From positions 1 to 38,065 of the forward strand of contig JABANN010000335.1 in NCBI GenBank assembly GCA_013115125.1: a stretch of 38,065 nucleotides of DNA, in the 5' to 3' direction. This DNA is from Perkinsus olseni. Lineage: Eukaryota. A program made the translations under genes and the position numbers. The notes under the pieces were generated by a model. The model had not been told where the DNA came from, ran no database searches, and was given only the letters and a program-made list of their open reading frames with translations. Below are positions 11,200 to 22,722 of the stretch, piece after piece; the first letter of the stretch is position 1; each line of letters starts with the position of its first letter.

Positions 11200-12789
11200 A
11201 TGTGTCCTCCCAGGGCTATCCATCCTGCCTCGGTAGTCTGGACATCATCGTCATCGTCGTCGACAACTGCCCCTGCCCGCCGCAGTGTCCTCGATAATCA
11301 CCACGAAAGGTTATTCCATATACGCGGCGATACCTTCCGTGAACTGGGAAGGAATCTATCCGCGGCTGTTGGGAAGAGGACTAGGAAAGCCTTCCAGGAT
11401 GATCTGGAAGTATGGACATCTTTGGACTTGGTGAAGAAGTGGCAGACTATCGCATCAGCCGCAGCTCGGGCAACCAAGCACCTTTCACCATCACTTTATG
11501 ATTTCTTCGAGGGCATGGATGAATCTTTGAGTAGCCCCGAGGTTGGTCTAGGAGGCTCGGTATGGCAGTTGTTGACTATGTACGAAATGGACATGTACGT
11601 GTATCGGTATGCAGCCAGGTGCTCAGTGTGCTCCAGTAGGATCATGGATATCCCGCGGAGGAAGTGCATGTGCAGGTCATGGTGTAATAAGTGCTATAAA
11701 GCGGCTAGCAAACCCCAATTCTGTGATATATGCAAGTTTGCTGTGAGGGAGGTACACCAGATAGAACCTAGTAAGAAGATGGGGACGGAGGGAGTCGACC
11801 AGGCCTCCACAACCTTACTCCACGATAAAACTGGGGGTGCCAACTGTTGCTGTTCTCCTCGAGTGGTGAAGGGTAGATGTACTGGTTTTGGTTCCCCAAG
11901 GAGTGGTATCTGTGCTCAGACAGTTGATATGAGTTGTGACACGTACAACCACGGAAGGGATGATGCATGCTACCTCATTAATCTACCTACTGGTCATCGA
12001 GACTGGGCCCTTGTCTATGATGTAGGCTGTATAGCCAGTCCCATTGGTATCAATAGTAGAGGGGTCGCCATGTGCCTCTACAACCTGTATAATACTGCAG
12101 GTCATGGGTATGAGCGTGCTCTTGCAGACTCATCGACCAAGGAGTCGGCTGAAGTGCTGCCCATGGCTGTGTTACAGTGGGCTGTTTTACTGGGAGAGTT
12201 GGATACCATTGAGAAGATAGAGGGCATGCTGAGGAAGGCACTGAGGGACATAGGGCTCTATACGTCCGCTGCACTGGTCATTACATGTACTAATAATCCT
12301 GGTGAGGTGCTCGAGGCTGAGATGGCTGGGAATGATATCTGGACGCGGGTGGTGGAGGCAGCAGGGGGAGATGAAGATAAGGAGAAGGGGATGGTCATCA
12401 GGGCTAACCACTCACAGCCTACCTCATCAATCAAGCCAACTGAGGATATCCCAAAGGACGTCAGTGAGTCATCACATGATAGGCTGACTAAGCTCACTGA
12501 GTCGTTGGTAGCAGCAGCACCGGCTGGGGCGACGAACGAACATCAATGCAATAAGGAGCCTCGGCTATCAACGGATGGTGTGGTACCAGCTAATATATCA
12601 GCCCGGGAAGTACTATCACAGGAACCAATTCAAGAGGATGATACACTTGCCACTGTAGTGCTACGCCCTAGGGAAGGTATCATGGATATACGCTTTAAAC
12701 TGGGTACTAGGATAAAGGTTACCATCAAAAGGGGTACATGGCTACAGTTCGGCGGTGGCGATGACAACAACGTCCATGGTGGGGATTGA
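11200..12789 (+). CDS. Peptidase C45 (acyl-CoA:6-APA acyltransferase-like) Ntn-hydrolase precursor with inserted RING-like Zn finger
   Basis: Uninterrupted 529-aa ORF. Alpha-chain-like motifs G-D-T-F-R-E-L-G, FEGM and LLTMYEM. Putative nucleophile GR/CTGF (Cys227, nt 11878-11880), followed by AQTVD, GINSRGVAMCLYNL, IRANH, SSHDR and TLATVV in the order typical of C45. Cys8 motif at nt 11620-11733. Confidence 0.75.
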   Translation: MCPPRAIHPASVVWTSSSSSSTTAPARRSVLDNHHERLFHIRGDTFRELGRNLSAAVGKRTRKAFQDDLEVWTSLDLVKKWQTIASAAARATKHLSPSLYDFFEGMDESLSSPEVGLGGSVWQLLTMYEMDMYVYRYAARCSVCSSRIMDIPRRKCMCRSWCNKCYKAASKPQFCDICKFAVREVHQIEPSKKMGTEGVDQASTTLLHDKTGGANCCCSPRVVKGRCTGFGSPRSGICAQTVDMSCDTYNHGRDDACYLINLPTGHRDWALVYDVGCIASPIGINSRGVAMCLYNLYNTAGHGYERALADSSTKESAEVLPMAVLQWAVLLGELDTIEKIEGMLRKALRDIGLYTSAALVITCTNNPGEVLEAEMAGNDIWTRVVEAAGGDEDKEKGMVIRANHSQPTSSIKPTEDIPKDVSESSHDRLTKLTESLVAAAPAGATNEHQCNKEPRLSTDGVVPANISAREVLSQEPIQEDDTLATVVLRPREGIMDIRFKLGTRIKVTIKRGTWLQFGGGDDNNVHGGD

Positions 12790-12949
12790 CGACGAGGAGG
12801 GGCTAGGAGCTCCATCATTTTCACGTTGTTGTCATCATTGTATCATTCCTGATTCATCCATGCTTGTGTGTCAGTGGGTGAGGTTATACGCAGCAGCATC
12901 GTCATCGTCAATATAGTAACGTTTTCATGATGCTGTTGATACTCCTTTA

Positions 12950-14650
12950 ATGTCATATAACAACCCGTATAACCTATCCAATCCCAATCAGACAACACAA
13001 CCACAACCACAGCAGCAGCAGCCTCTGCCGTTTGGTCCCCACCCTGCAGCACCACTCACACAGCAAGGGGGTGGGGCAATGCAGCCGCCGGGACTACCGA
13101 CCCCTATGCCGATGCCATACCCTGCCATGCCCCCTTATGGTATGATGCCCGGCCCTCCTTTGGTACCTAACGCTGCAATGGTCTACCCCAGCGGATACCC
13201 TGGTAAGGAGAAGGAGTGCAAATCGTTATCGTGTGGTATGGGCCAAGGTGTTATTATTCCCTCAGGATTCCTTATGGGCGGCGGTATTCTCATGCAACCA
13301 CAGCAACAGCAGCAGGGCCCAGGCAATCGAGTAAGGGTTAGTTACCACTGGTCGTGGTCGTTTATTACGAGAAGTTCATCAGGCAACTATGACTGCCCCC
13401 GCTGGTGTTATGCCACATAATCAAATGCCGCAGTATCTGGCCAGTACCACTCCATCCACTACCACCAGTGGTCCTACTGGGGTCAATGCAATTCCAACAA
13501 CTATCATGAAGACTGAAAGCTTGGCAGGGCCTCAGCTCGGTAGTATCAACAGCAGCAACAATAACGAAATTAAAGGCTTCGAGGTGTAAGTTGGGCTTCA
13601 GCTGAGGATTCATCGAAGCTCCTGTCTCTTTAGTGATCGGTGTGCTCCAGGCAGTGGGAGTGGAGGTGTAGATTACGTCAAAGCTGACCCGAACCCCAAG
13701 GTACAGGAATCAAGCCATGGGCCATCTAAAGTAGAGCCCACGATGAAGGAGGAGGATCCTAAGGATAAGCCGGCTTTCAAGGAGCTCACCTTGGATGATC
13801 TAGTGGCCCCACCCGGGTATATTACATCTTGCATCACCTCGGTCTGGATCATCATGTGATGTTTTAGACCGGCATGTGCCCTAGACGATCCTAAGTTGAA
13901 GGCTGCTTATGATTACTGTGATACCACAACTGCCGCGGTCATTGACGTGGCCATCAGGTAGTGCTACTGCCACCGACTATCAGTCATTATAGCTCTCCTG
14001 GTGTATGTCAGGCAGGCAACGGCCCTCTGCGAGCGAGGTATAGAGGAGCAGTTTGAAGTGGCTGAGGCTGAGCTTAGGGTTGCCATGATAGAGGCGGAGA
14101 TGGAGGCGTATAAGTAATCAGTGCTACCCTACCACCACGGAGATCTGTTCATTGTTAGAGCGGCGATGGCGATATCCAAGGATCCAAGTGATATTGAAAA
14201 TAAACGCCGAAGAGTGGCGATGTGAGATCCCAATAATAGTGGAGGATGTAGGATGGTGCCTGCCTCAGATACGGTGGTACTCTTTCTCCTACTCAAAGCC
14301 CACGCGATACAGGTCAAGCCTCGCCTGAGAGTCCGGATACTAACGTATGGGGTGGAGGGCTCAGTGCGGGCCAAGGCCGCAACAACAGTCCCGAACCGGT
14401 AAGAAAGAGCACATTAGACGCGCGCGATTACGATCTCCACGATATAATGTCTCGCTGTTAGGGCTCCCTCCACAGCGCTGATCAGGACCCGGCTAAGCCC
14501 ACCCTCCCACCACGTTTTGGTGGAGGGGTGCGGCATCACCGGCGAGCCCATCTCTCTACTGGTGCGGCGAACATGAGTACTCCTGAGAATGGCAGCCCGG
14601 CCATATCCCCTCCGAGTACCACCAGTACTGATAGTTCACCTGCTGAGTGA
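12950..14650 (+). CDS. Multi-exon hypothetical protein, Pro/Gln-rich N-terminus, helical middle, Ser/Pro-rich C-terminus
   Basis: ATG 12950 (MSYNNPY) and a series of short GT-AG introns linking frames (DDPKLKAAYDYC, EEQFEVAEAELRVAM). Last exon 14462-14650 ends SSPAE*. Confidence 0.65.
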
Positions 14651-14869
14651 TATCGAGAGTATCATAACGTTATATGATTGTACTGTAACATTTGCCGATA
14701 GTTAATGATTGAGTTGTGAGTTGGGAGGGAGAGTTGTTCATTGAGAAGACCGGCCCCTAACATGCACGAACAAAGCTACGAACACAACAAGTAATGTTCA
14801 CGGCCAACGTACAGAAAGCGGCATGCTACTATGACACTTCAGAGCGTTATTCATCCTTGATGCTTCGTA

Positions 14870-17518
14870 TCATCAACTGCCTTCGTTTCCATATGCAAGC
14901 ACCGCATGAGCTGCGTGTGAGGCCGCGGTTTCAAGCCTTGAAACCCACTTGAGCGTCCTCAAACTCAATAGTTTTGACTCGGGGGATGGATTGCCCCAGC
15001 TGTGACCTCTCATCTCTGGCCTTTGTCTCATGCCATTCATTCCGCAACTCCCTTATGTCTTGTCTATAGCATTCCAGAGTTCGGCGTAGTTCTTTGACCT
15101 GAAAATTTATTATGGAATAGCGTTCCTGGGTTGCAAGGAGCCACCCAAGACCAAGGCACCGACAGGCATGTCACCTCTGCGGCGACCACGGAAGCATCTT
15201 CTTGGTTATCCATCTCAGGAGGCACCTCCTCTCCGGATTCCGGCTCACGAAGGTCTACTGTCCTTGCATTATCTAACTCCTCCGTAGCCTGTTTCAGTGT
15301 GACCAGCAATGCCTGTAAATATCCTCTTCATGATAAGGTCCTTCCTTTCGATACACAATGTTCACCTCCCTCTCCTCCACTAATTTACCAAGGTGGTCCT
15401 CCGCCGTTAGCAGCCTCTCCATCAACATCACTGAATGTGATTCGGGTTCTCCATCGCTCAAACTCGTCTCTTGTAAACCACCCTGCCCACTCTTCTGTAG
15501 GACGCTCCCGTCCACACCGGTAGAATCCTCTGAAGACCTTAACATACCGAAGGCGGCGATGGCGGCCTACCCTCGTGAGTGGTGCCCGTGGCTCCTCGAA
15601 GAGTCTCATGCAGTGGAGCGAGGAGATCCATTCTTTCATCGAGTATCCTCAGAATCCCTCCAGCGACATTAAGCAAGTTATTCTTATGTGTTAGCTCGAC
15701 CCTTAAGGTCTTAGCCTCGGCACTCGCAGCTCTCGTCGCTCTGTTCAATAGGATATGGTTGAGTCATGCTGGTGTCCGTGGTATAATCCCCAGGGCTTAC
15801 TCCTCGATACCCTCCCTTGTTAACTGCTGTTGGCCCTCGCCCCCGAGGTGAGTTGAAAGCGTGCAGCCCTCCTGAATTATCGGCCAGAGCCTTGGCGATC
15901 GTAACGTTATTCAGTTGAGATCACTGCGCGCAATCAGTAACAGCGCTTCATCTATACTCAATCGAGTGGAAGACTTATCACCTCGGCTGCTGCTATTTCC
16001 TGTTCAAGTGCTTCGAGAGTCTCCCTCAACGTGTCGACCTCCGACTGCAATGCGTTCCCCACTCTACTCCTCGCCAGTGCAGCAGGGCCATCGTGCGGAC
16101 GCGACAACCCATCCTCTGCGAGATCGCTACGCAGATTGGTTAGAGTCTATTCATTCATGCAATCTCACCAGCACGATGCGACGTTACCCTCATGAGCTCT
16201 CGCTCAAGAGTTTTCAAAGTAACCTGTTCTCTGACAGACTGTATAAGGGCATCTGGACCATCATCACCACCATAATGGCACCTATCATGATCAATTCCCC
16301 CAATTCAGCTGATGAGCAAGCATCACTTCTCGGCCTCAACCGTTGCTTGTCGTGTATAGTCGAACTCTCTGTTCTTCTGTTCCTTCTTTTCCGCTGCCAA
16401 GACACAAACCCTTCGCACAGCCTCATCCAAGGTACTCAACTCATTCTCCAGTTCACCTGAGGATAACCATAACAGCAGCAGCGCGAGCAAAGGGGAGTGG
16501 CCGTAGCGGAGTCTACCAAGATCTTCCTTAAGAGCTCCGTGCCTTTCCCAGCTACGAAAAAGCCTCTCCATGGCGGCAGACCTGCTCTCCGAGATTACGC
16601 ATTACTTCATAGTGTACAGTATATAGTCTGACTTGCCGGCGCCATCCTCCGCCCTGGGTGCTGCGCTGTAGCCCCTTGTCCTCTGCGTGAGGTCATCTCG
16701 GGCTTTAACAACGGATCGCCTCAGCCTATTTAATGCCTGCACGAAGCAGTGCGAAGGAGGAGGAGGAGTTGGCTGCCATAATAACCCACCGAGCCAGATT
16801 CTAAAGTGTACTCGTCTACACTATCTGCAAGATCTGCATAAGCTGTGACGTCTCCCAGTGCATCGCTGCTCATACTGGACGATCTCGATAGACGAGCAAA
16901 GTTTGTCGTAGAATCATCCTCATCTGAGAGGCCCCCAGTGACGAAATAAAGCCTCCAATAGGGTTAGCAATCAGTAATGGGCAGGGCCTGCCCGGCAGGC
17001 TACCGCGCTCGTCGACGGCCCTACATCCGCGTGCCATTGAGTTGAGTATCTCCTTCGTTGCCTCTCCACGCCGCTCGGCGTGACTATCTGATCGAAACAA
17101 GGGCTACATTGGTCTCTAAGGAGATGTTTCACACATAATAGCGCAGCGCATTGACAGCTCTGAGCCCCACATCAAGAGAAAATCACGAGGCCTTCAACCT
17201 ACGCAAGTCCTCCACGAATCCTCTCCGTTTCGCGTTATCTCGAGCAGTATCCTCAGACTCCCGATGACTCTCACGGTCGCCATCATCATTCTCAACTTTG
17301 TCCAGCAGTTCCCTCAATCGACTCGAAATCTTCCTCAAATCTACTGCACTAGTGCTCATCTCAACCGTCGGTGAGAGTAGAGCGTTGCGAGGATGGCCAT
17401 TCTTGGGCATCATCCCCTCGTCATCATGCGAGGAGTGAGCCTCACTTCGTTTCATAGATCGAATGGCAGCTTCAGCACCGCCCTCACTATCACTGTCGCC
17501 AGCAACAAGCCGCGGCAT
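14870..17518 (-). CDS. Multi-exon hypothetical coiled-coil protein (3' end approximate)
   Basis: ATG 17518 (MPRLVAGDSDSE). Chain of minus-strand E/R/L-rich frames (LRELLDKVEND, ELENELSTLDEAVRR, LKQATEELDNAR) separated by intron-like segments. Stop position not resolved. Confidence 0.6.
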
Positions 17519-17737
17519 TTAATGACTATCGATTTCCTCCAGTGGACTGCACGGCCCCGGTCCTCCTTCCTCCAGCCTCTCGTTCACTACTATATAACAC
17601 AATTACTCTTGTGGACTTGGAAGATAGAAAATCACTGTAATTAGCAGACCGTCATAGAGAGGAGGAGATATCGCCATAGACATCTATATAAATATAACTT
17701 AATACATGAACAACTGAACAACACCATCAACGATAGT

Positions 17738-19120
17738 CTAGTTGACGACCTTGTTAAGCACTTCCTGAACCTCTTGAGCGCACCGGTCAAGCTTGGGATA
17801 ACGATCGTGGATCATCCCCGCGTTGTGTGTCTTCCCAGGAGCGTTGCACGTACAAGCAGGTTCACCTCTAGCTCTGCTGGGGCAACCGAATACGGCTTGG
17901 GTTGCCACACTCATAGAAAGCTTACACAATCTGAAATGAGCAACGACTGAATCAACACTAGCCATGGGACTGCCGGGGCCTCACCTTTCTGGGTTCTTCT
18001 CGCCAGCAGCAAGCATGGCGGCCAAGCTGCCAACCATGCAGTCGCCCGCTCCTACGGTGGAAGTGCAGTACTTACCCTTATCCGAGGGGGCACTCGGGCA
18101 TGGCAACGCGCCGCTACTCCCATCAGTGCATGCATACGCACAACCGGCACCACCTAGGCTCACGATACACAACCACTTAGTCCCAGAAGTCTTCAGCAGC
18201 CTATCCGCCAAGGCCATTGCTGCTGTGGGGTCCTTGGTCACGTCAGAAGGAGAATCGTTACTGCCGTTTAGCAGACGGTCCAACGCCGCTGCCTCCTCCT
18301 CGTTGACGACAAGAATATCGACCATTTTGAAGGCCTCCCGAGGCAGCTGCTGTCCGGGTACTACAGGAGCTGGGGCCGCATTGAGCAGCGAGAGAGTGTT
18401 AGAAGACCTTGACGCGACTTTCAAGGACTCCACTACAGCATCTACAGGAACTTCACATTGGAGAACCAACACCTAGGGAAGAGAACACATGGAAAGAGCG
18501 TCAGCCGATTCGAAGACTACCTTAGAGTTCTCTATGGCTTGGGATACCTCGCTACGCCTTCCAATCTAAGAGAATAAACGATTAGAAGAGCACGCCCACT
18601 ACGATTAGTCGTGGAAGGGTGATACCACCATCCTACTACCATGTCTGGAGTTAGCATCCCGTTAGTGCCAGGCACCACTACAATGTTATTCTCAGCATCA
18701 GCCGCCCCTGATACCACAATTCCCGCAACACCAGTACCTGATACGCGCTGTGATAGTATAATACCGTGTGTGACAGTGCATGATCTTACTCGTTCCAGGC
18801 AGAAGATTGAGATAATCCACGCCAACGCCGGTGTCCTTAAGATGATCCCTATAAGCAGTTCCCAGCCCATCATCAGCACTCACGCAGCCTATCATCTGCA
18901 CCCTGGGTACATCACAGCCGGGGGTGGTGAGCAAGGTTCCAGCAGCCACTGCTTGATTAGCTCCCTTACCGCCCCAACTCTGAGTGAACTTGTCACCAGA
19001 AACAGTCTCACCAGGCTTCGGTAGTCTGGGCAGCCTGCAGCGGAATGTAAAGTCTGCACTCAAAGAGCCAACCACAGTAACTAGAGTGCTGCCATCTTGG
19101 TCGCAACAGTGGGTAGGCAT
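17738..19120 (-). CDS. RBKS: Ribokinase (PfkB carbohydrate kinase family), multi-exon
   Basis: VTVVGSLSAD, LPKPGETV, GGKGANQAVAA, ENNIVVVPGTN, LQCEVP, LNAAPA, VVNEEE and STVGAGD (catalytic GAGD) motifs. Confidence 0.92.
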
Positions 19121-19360
19121 TTGGTAGCAGTAATAATAACAACAAATAGAAACTGATCACACGTGAGTGTAGCATACTACGATAACTTTAATGATGGTAT
19201 ACACGTGTGAACGTTAACGCTAGATAAATATGTCACAATAACCCTGTCCCGATATCACCACTTGTTGCCTAGCGTGTAAGGTAGCACCGCTGATTCCCCA
19301 AGGACCACCCTCCATGCATCTGTATCTTTCGAGAGTAGATGCCGCTTATCACCCTAAATC

Positions 19361-19440
19361 CTCTTTTCTGCCACAATTCTCTTCCTTCTGCCACAGTTTT
19401 CTCTCTTTCAACACAATTTCCTCTCTTTCACCACACTTTC
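19361..19440. repeat. Degenerate 20-nt pyrimidine-rich minisatellite, 4 units
   Basis: ctcttttctgccacaattct / cttccttctgccacagtttt / ctctctttcaacacaatttc / ctctctttcaccacactttc. Confidence 0.7.
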
Positions 19441-19842
19441 TCGCACATTCATCAGCGGTGTGGCAGTCCAAGCTCCGGTTCTACAGATCGTAACTAGACT
19501 TCCTTCCCATTGAGACGTCGCCAATTTCAATTTGTGAATTTGGGGTCGCGACTCCTAAAATTTGGGGGCAAGCCCTCTAAGGTGGGAATTTGTCGCTCGC
19601 GAGCGACGTCTTACTCCTCCGGGCAGGATCAATTCCCCCAAATTCGAGAAGTATTGCTACTATCGGATAGTGTCTTGTCGTACATGAGGTATCTCGAGGT
19701 CAGAGAAGGGGCAGTCTAGGAGGCTATTTATCATTAGCAGCCAGGGGGATTGGTCGTCACGGACCAGCAATGGACATTTCCCTCAAAGGTATCTCTATTT
19801 ATATTTTTACCGCTGATCATTCAGTCAACGCTAGTCACCCAA

Positions 19843-20730
19843 ATGTCGGTTCAACAGTTCATCATCGGAGCTTCAGTTGCTGTGTTGGTTTCGAACATAC
19901 CCGGCGGTAACTGCATCGGCACACTAGCTCCAGTTGGGTATGCGCGCCGTGCCACTGATGTGAGACCATTGACCACTCCTCGGATGTGTGTTATCTCACT
20001 TGTAATGGACCGTGTTTCTCGTGTGTAGCTTCGGTGATCGCAGCTTCATCACGTGACAGAACATGCCCGTCCTTCAATGTCAGGTTTACTCTTCGTACAA
20101 AACTGCGAAGTTCAACAGCGTAAGAAATGCTACTCTGTGCTCTTATAACGATCGCAAGACTAATCCAGAGCTTTTGGCGAAACTGGAATTCCTCGTTACG
20201 GCCAGCATGGTGCAAACACAGTCTGTGAACTGTCCGAAGGATCCCGCTTACGGCAACGCGTTCAGGACAACGTAAAGCATACACGAGGGGTCGTCTCCTC
20301 TGAGCAACGTTGCTATTCTCGTTGCAGTTACTGGGGGAATCCCTCCCTTGCGACCTATCAGTCTGATTATCCGAAGAGTCATCCTTTGCACGATTTTAGT
20401 GTGACTGGACCTCCGAACAACACTGGTTTGGATCCGCTCCGAAGGCTTGACCAATCATCCTTTCGAGGGGAAAGGGAGTTGGTGTACGTGGCTGCTCGCA
20501 CAGTTGATCTCGAACGAGACGATTATTACCCAGTCCACGAGGAGGAGCTGGATGATGCTGCGCTGGACATGGACTGGGAGGTGAAGGGCCTCTGCGCAGC
20601 GGTGTTCAAGGCTGTTAAGAAAAAATTTCCAAACTTCAAAGATCTTTGCACCGAGTACCACGATGAATCCGAGGCTGCCGTTAGAGGCATTCCAGTAGTT
20701 TCCAGAGAGGAGATAGTGACCCGCAATTAG
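19843..20730 (+). CDS. Small multi-exon putative secreted protein of unknown family; copy 1
   Basis: ATG 19843 MSVQQFIIGASVAVLVSNIPG is a signal-peptide-like first exon. Later exons include KFNSVRNATLCSY and YWGNPSLATYQSDYP...GLCAAVFKAVKK...LCTEYHDESEAAV. Confidence 0.6.
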
Positions 20731-20959
20731 TGGGTACACCTTTAGTTGGACACTGCTTGGAGGTGATATTCTTTATCAATTCTCCTGACCACTATTACAA
20801 CATCGATGGGCGTGAAAGTGTCGGCCATAATAGGTATGATGATGAATATGATGTTGTTATTACTATCATGCAACCACGATGATTGATGTGATGTTGTTGT
20901 TGGATGTGTTCCGATTTGGCTGTTGTATTCCTGATGGCGTACAAAAAGAGGTGTGGCCA

Positions 20960-21539
20960 AACATGCACAACTTTCGCTCTCAGGATTACCGTGGGAACAA
21001 AGTTTCGAAGTTCAACCGCGCGAGAAATGCTACTCTCTGCTCTTATAGCAATGGCAAGCCGGAGACGGAGCTAAGGTTATCCTCGTCGTTGCAGTTACTG
21101 GGGGAATCCCTCTCTTGCGACCTATCAGTCTGATTATCCTGAGAGTCGCCCCTTGCACGATTTTGGAGCGGCCGGTCCTCCGGATAGCACTGGTTTGAAT
21201 TCGCTGCGAAAGCTTGATCAGTCATCTTTCCGGAAGGAGAGGGAGCTGGTGTACATGGCTGCTCGTACAGTTGATCTCGGGCGAGATGATAACTACCCAG
21301 TCCGCGAGGAGGAGCTGGCTCATGCTGCGATAGACATGGATTTGAAGGTGGAGGGCCTCTGCGCTGCGGTGTTCAAGGCTGTTAAGAAACCATTTTCAAC
21401 CTATACAGAGCTCTGCACGGAGTACCACAATGAATCCGAGGCTGCCGTTGATGCTGCTCATAAAGAGGACTGGACGTTCTGGGAGGATAAGAATGGCATT
21501 ACAATAGTTTCGAGGAAGCAAACCTCGGCACGACTGTAG
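20960..21539 (+). pseudogene. Tandem paralog of the preceding gene, 5'-truncated and internally deleted
   Basis: High similarity to 20060-20730. No signal-peptide exon, and about 150 nt (exon end plus most of an intron) is missing near 21075. The unspliced frame stops at 21133, and rescue would need a 19-nt intron. Confidence 0.6.
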
Positions 21540-22102
21540 TCGGATACTGTTTGGAAGTGTTATTCTCTATAAATTCTCCTGCCCGCTATCGCAACGTCGA
21601 TGGACGTGAGCCGGTCAGCCGTGAGAGAGATGACGATGAATTTAAAATTGGTTTCATCATGTGCCGCGATCAGGGTGATCGATGTGATGTTGTTATCTGA
21701 TGTGTTCCGATTTGGCTGTTGTATTCTTGTAAGTCTAAATGAGCTGTTCACCTGAAGTTGTCATTCTAAAACTTGCGGACTCTTCGCTGATTGTCAACAT
21801 TTATAGAGGATCTACCGCCAATGCCTGGAGAGCGCCCAGTAGCGACCGCTAGGAAGCTTCCGTGACGAATAATTGGGTTCATAGCTACATGCACACAGCT
21901 CCGAGACACTGAATAGTTCGGCAGAGAGTCAACAACAACTTGCAGATCACAACAGTTTCGGGAGATTGGAACATCACACCCGGCAGAGACCAGTCACAGA
22001 CGAAGCGTCCGTCGCTTGTCTCCAGAAGCTCGTACTGACGGCGAGCTAGGCAGGTCTCACTTTGTGTGTCACAGAGACTCGCCGAAGTGTGCCCCTTCTA
22101 GC

Positions 22103-22560
22103 TCATCTGAACCAGCTGCCTTCTGGAATGGTCGTAGGGCAGTCGCACTGGTCCCCGCAGTGCTGTGGTACAGGACCACCGCGCAACAGCCGAGGCTGAA
22201 GCTCTGGCGTACAGCTACCCAGATGCCTTAGAGTAATCAGTTCGAGTTCGGCGAGGGTATCGTGGGGGAGAACGTCTTGCTCCCGCTGGACTTCCGATTG
22301 AAGGGTGTTTATCATACTCGAAATCTCTGACAACTCTAGCACTGACCACCCTCGGCTACTCGATCTCCTGGGATTCGGCCGTAATTGACAATCACACTAC
22401 ATCGTTCAAAGAAAAACTTGTAAAGCATATGGACGGCTGCTTTGTCTACGAAACAACAACAATCCGTATAGCTTGATGGAATGGAGGGGCGAGCTAACTC
22501 CAGAATGTAATAGGCAGGAAGATGAGACGCAACAGTACGCAGGGTATACACTGCACCCAT
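22103..22560 (-). CDS. Small multi-exon hypothetical protein (3' end uncertain)
   Basis: ATG at 22560 (MGAVYTL). Splicing gives ...SYTDCCCFVDKAAVHMLYKFFFER-LLELSEISSMINTLQSEVQREQ... Confidence 0.4.
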
Positions 22561-22606
22561 CAATAGCAGCAATAGAAGCACGAACAATGACACTAATGGA
22601 GTGATG

Positions 22607-22607
<1 letters not shown>

Positions 22608-22670
<63 letters not shown>

Positions 22671-22680
22671 AAGTAGTAGT
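22608..22680. repeat. (TAG)n microsatellite, 21 perfect units plus tail
   Basis: Directly visible in the gap between the OMT stop and the next gene. Confidence 0.97.
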
Positions 22681-22722
22681 ATTCTCGTCGTAGTCGCCGT
22701 TGTCGTCATTGCTGCCGTGAAA

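Noticed and set aside
11007-11297. Hydrophobic ORF as a signal-peptide exon for the C45 gene
   Set aside because: Starts at TTG, is built from GTA/TCA microsatellite sequence and is out of frame.
19158-19210. Two CACGTG motifs upstream of ribokinase
   Set aside because: Short motif with no independent support.
19361-19440. CRISPR-like array
   Set aside because: Contiguous degenerate repeats without spacers, in a eukaryotic context with no cas genes.
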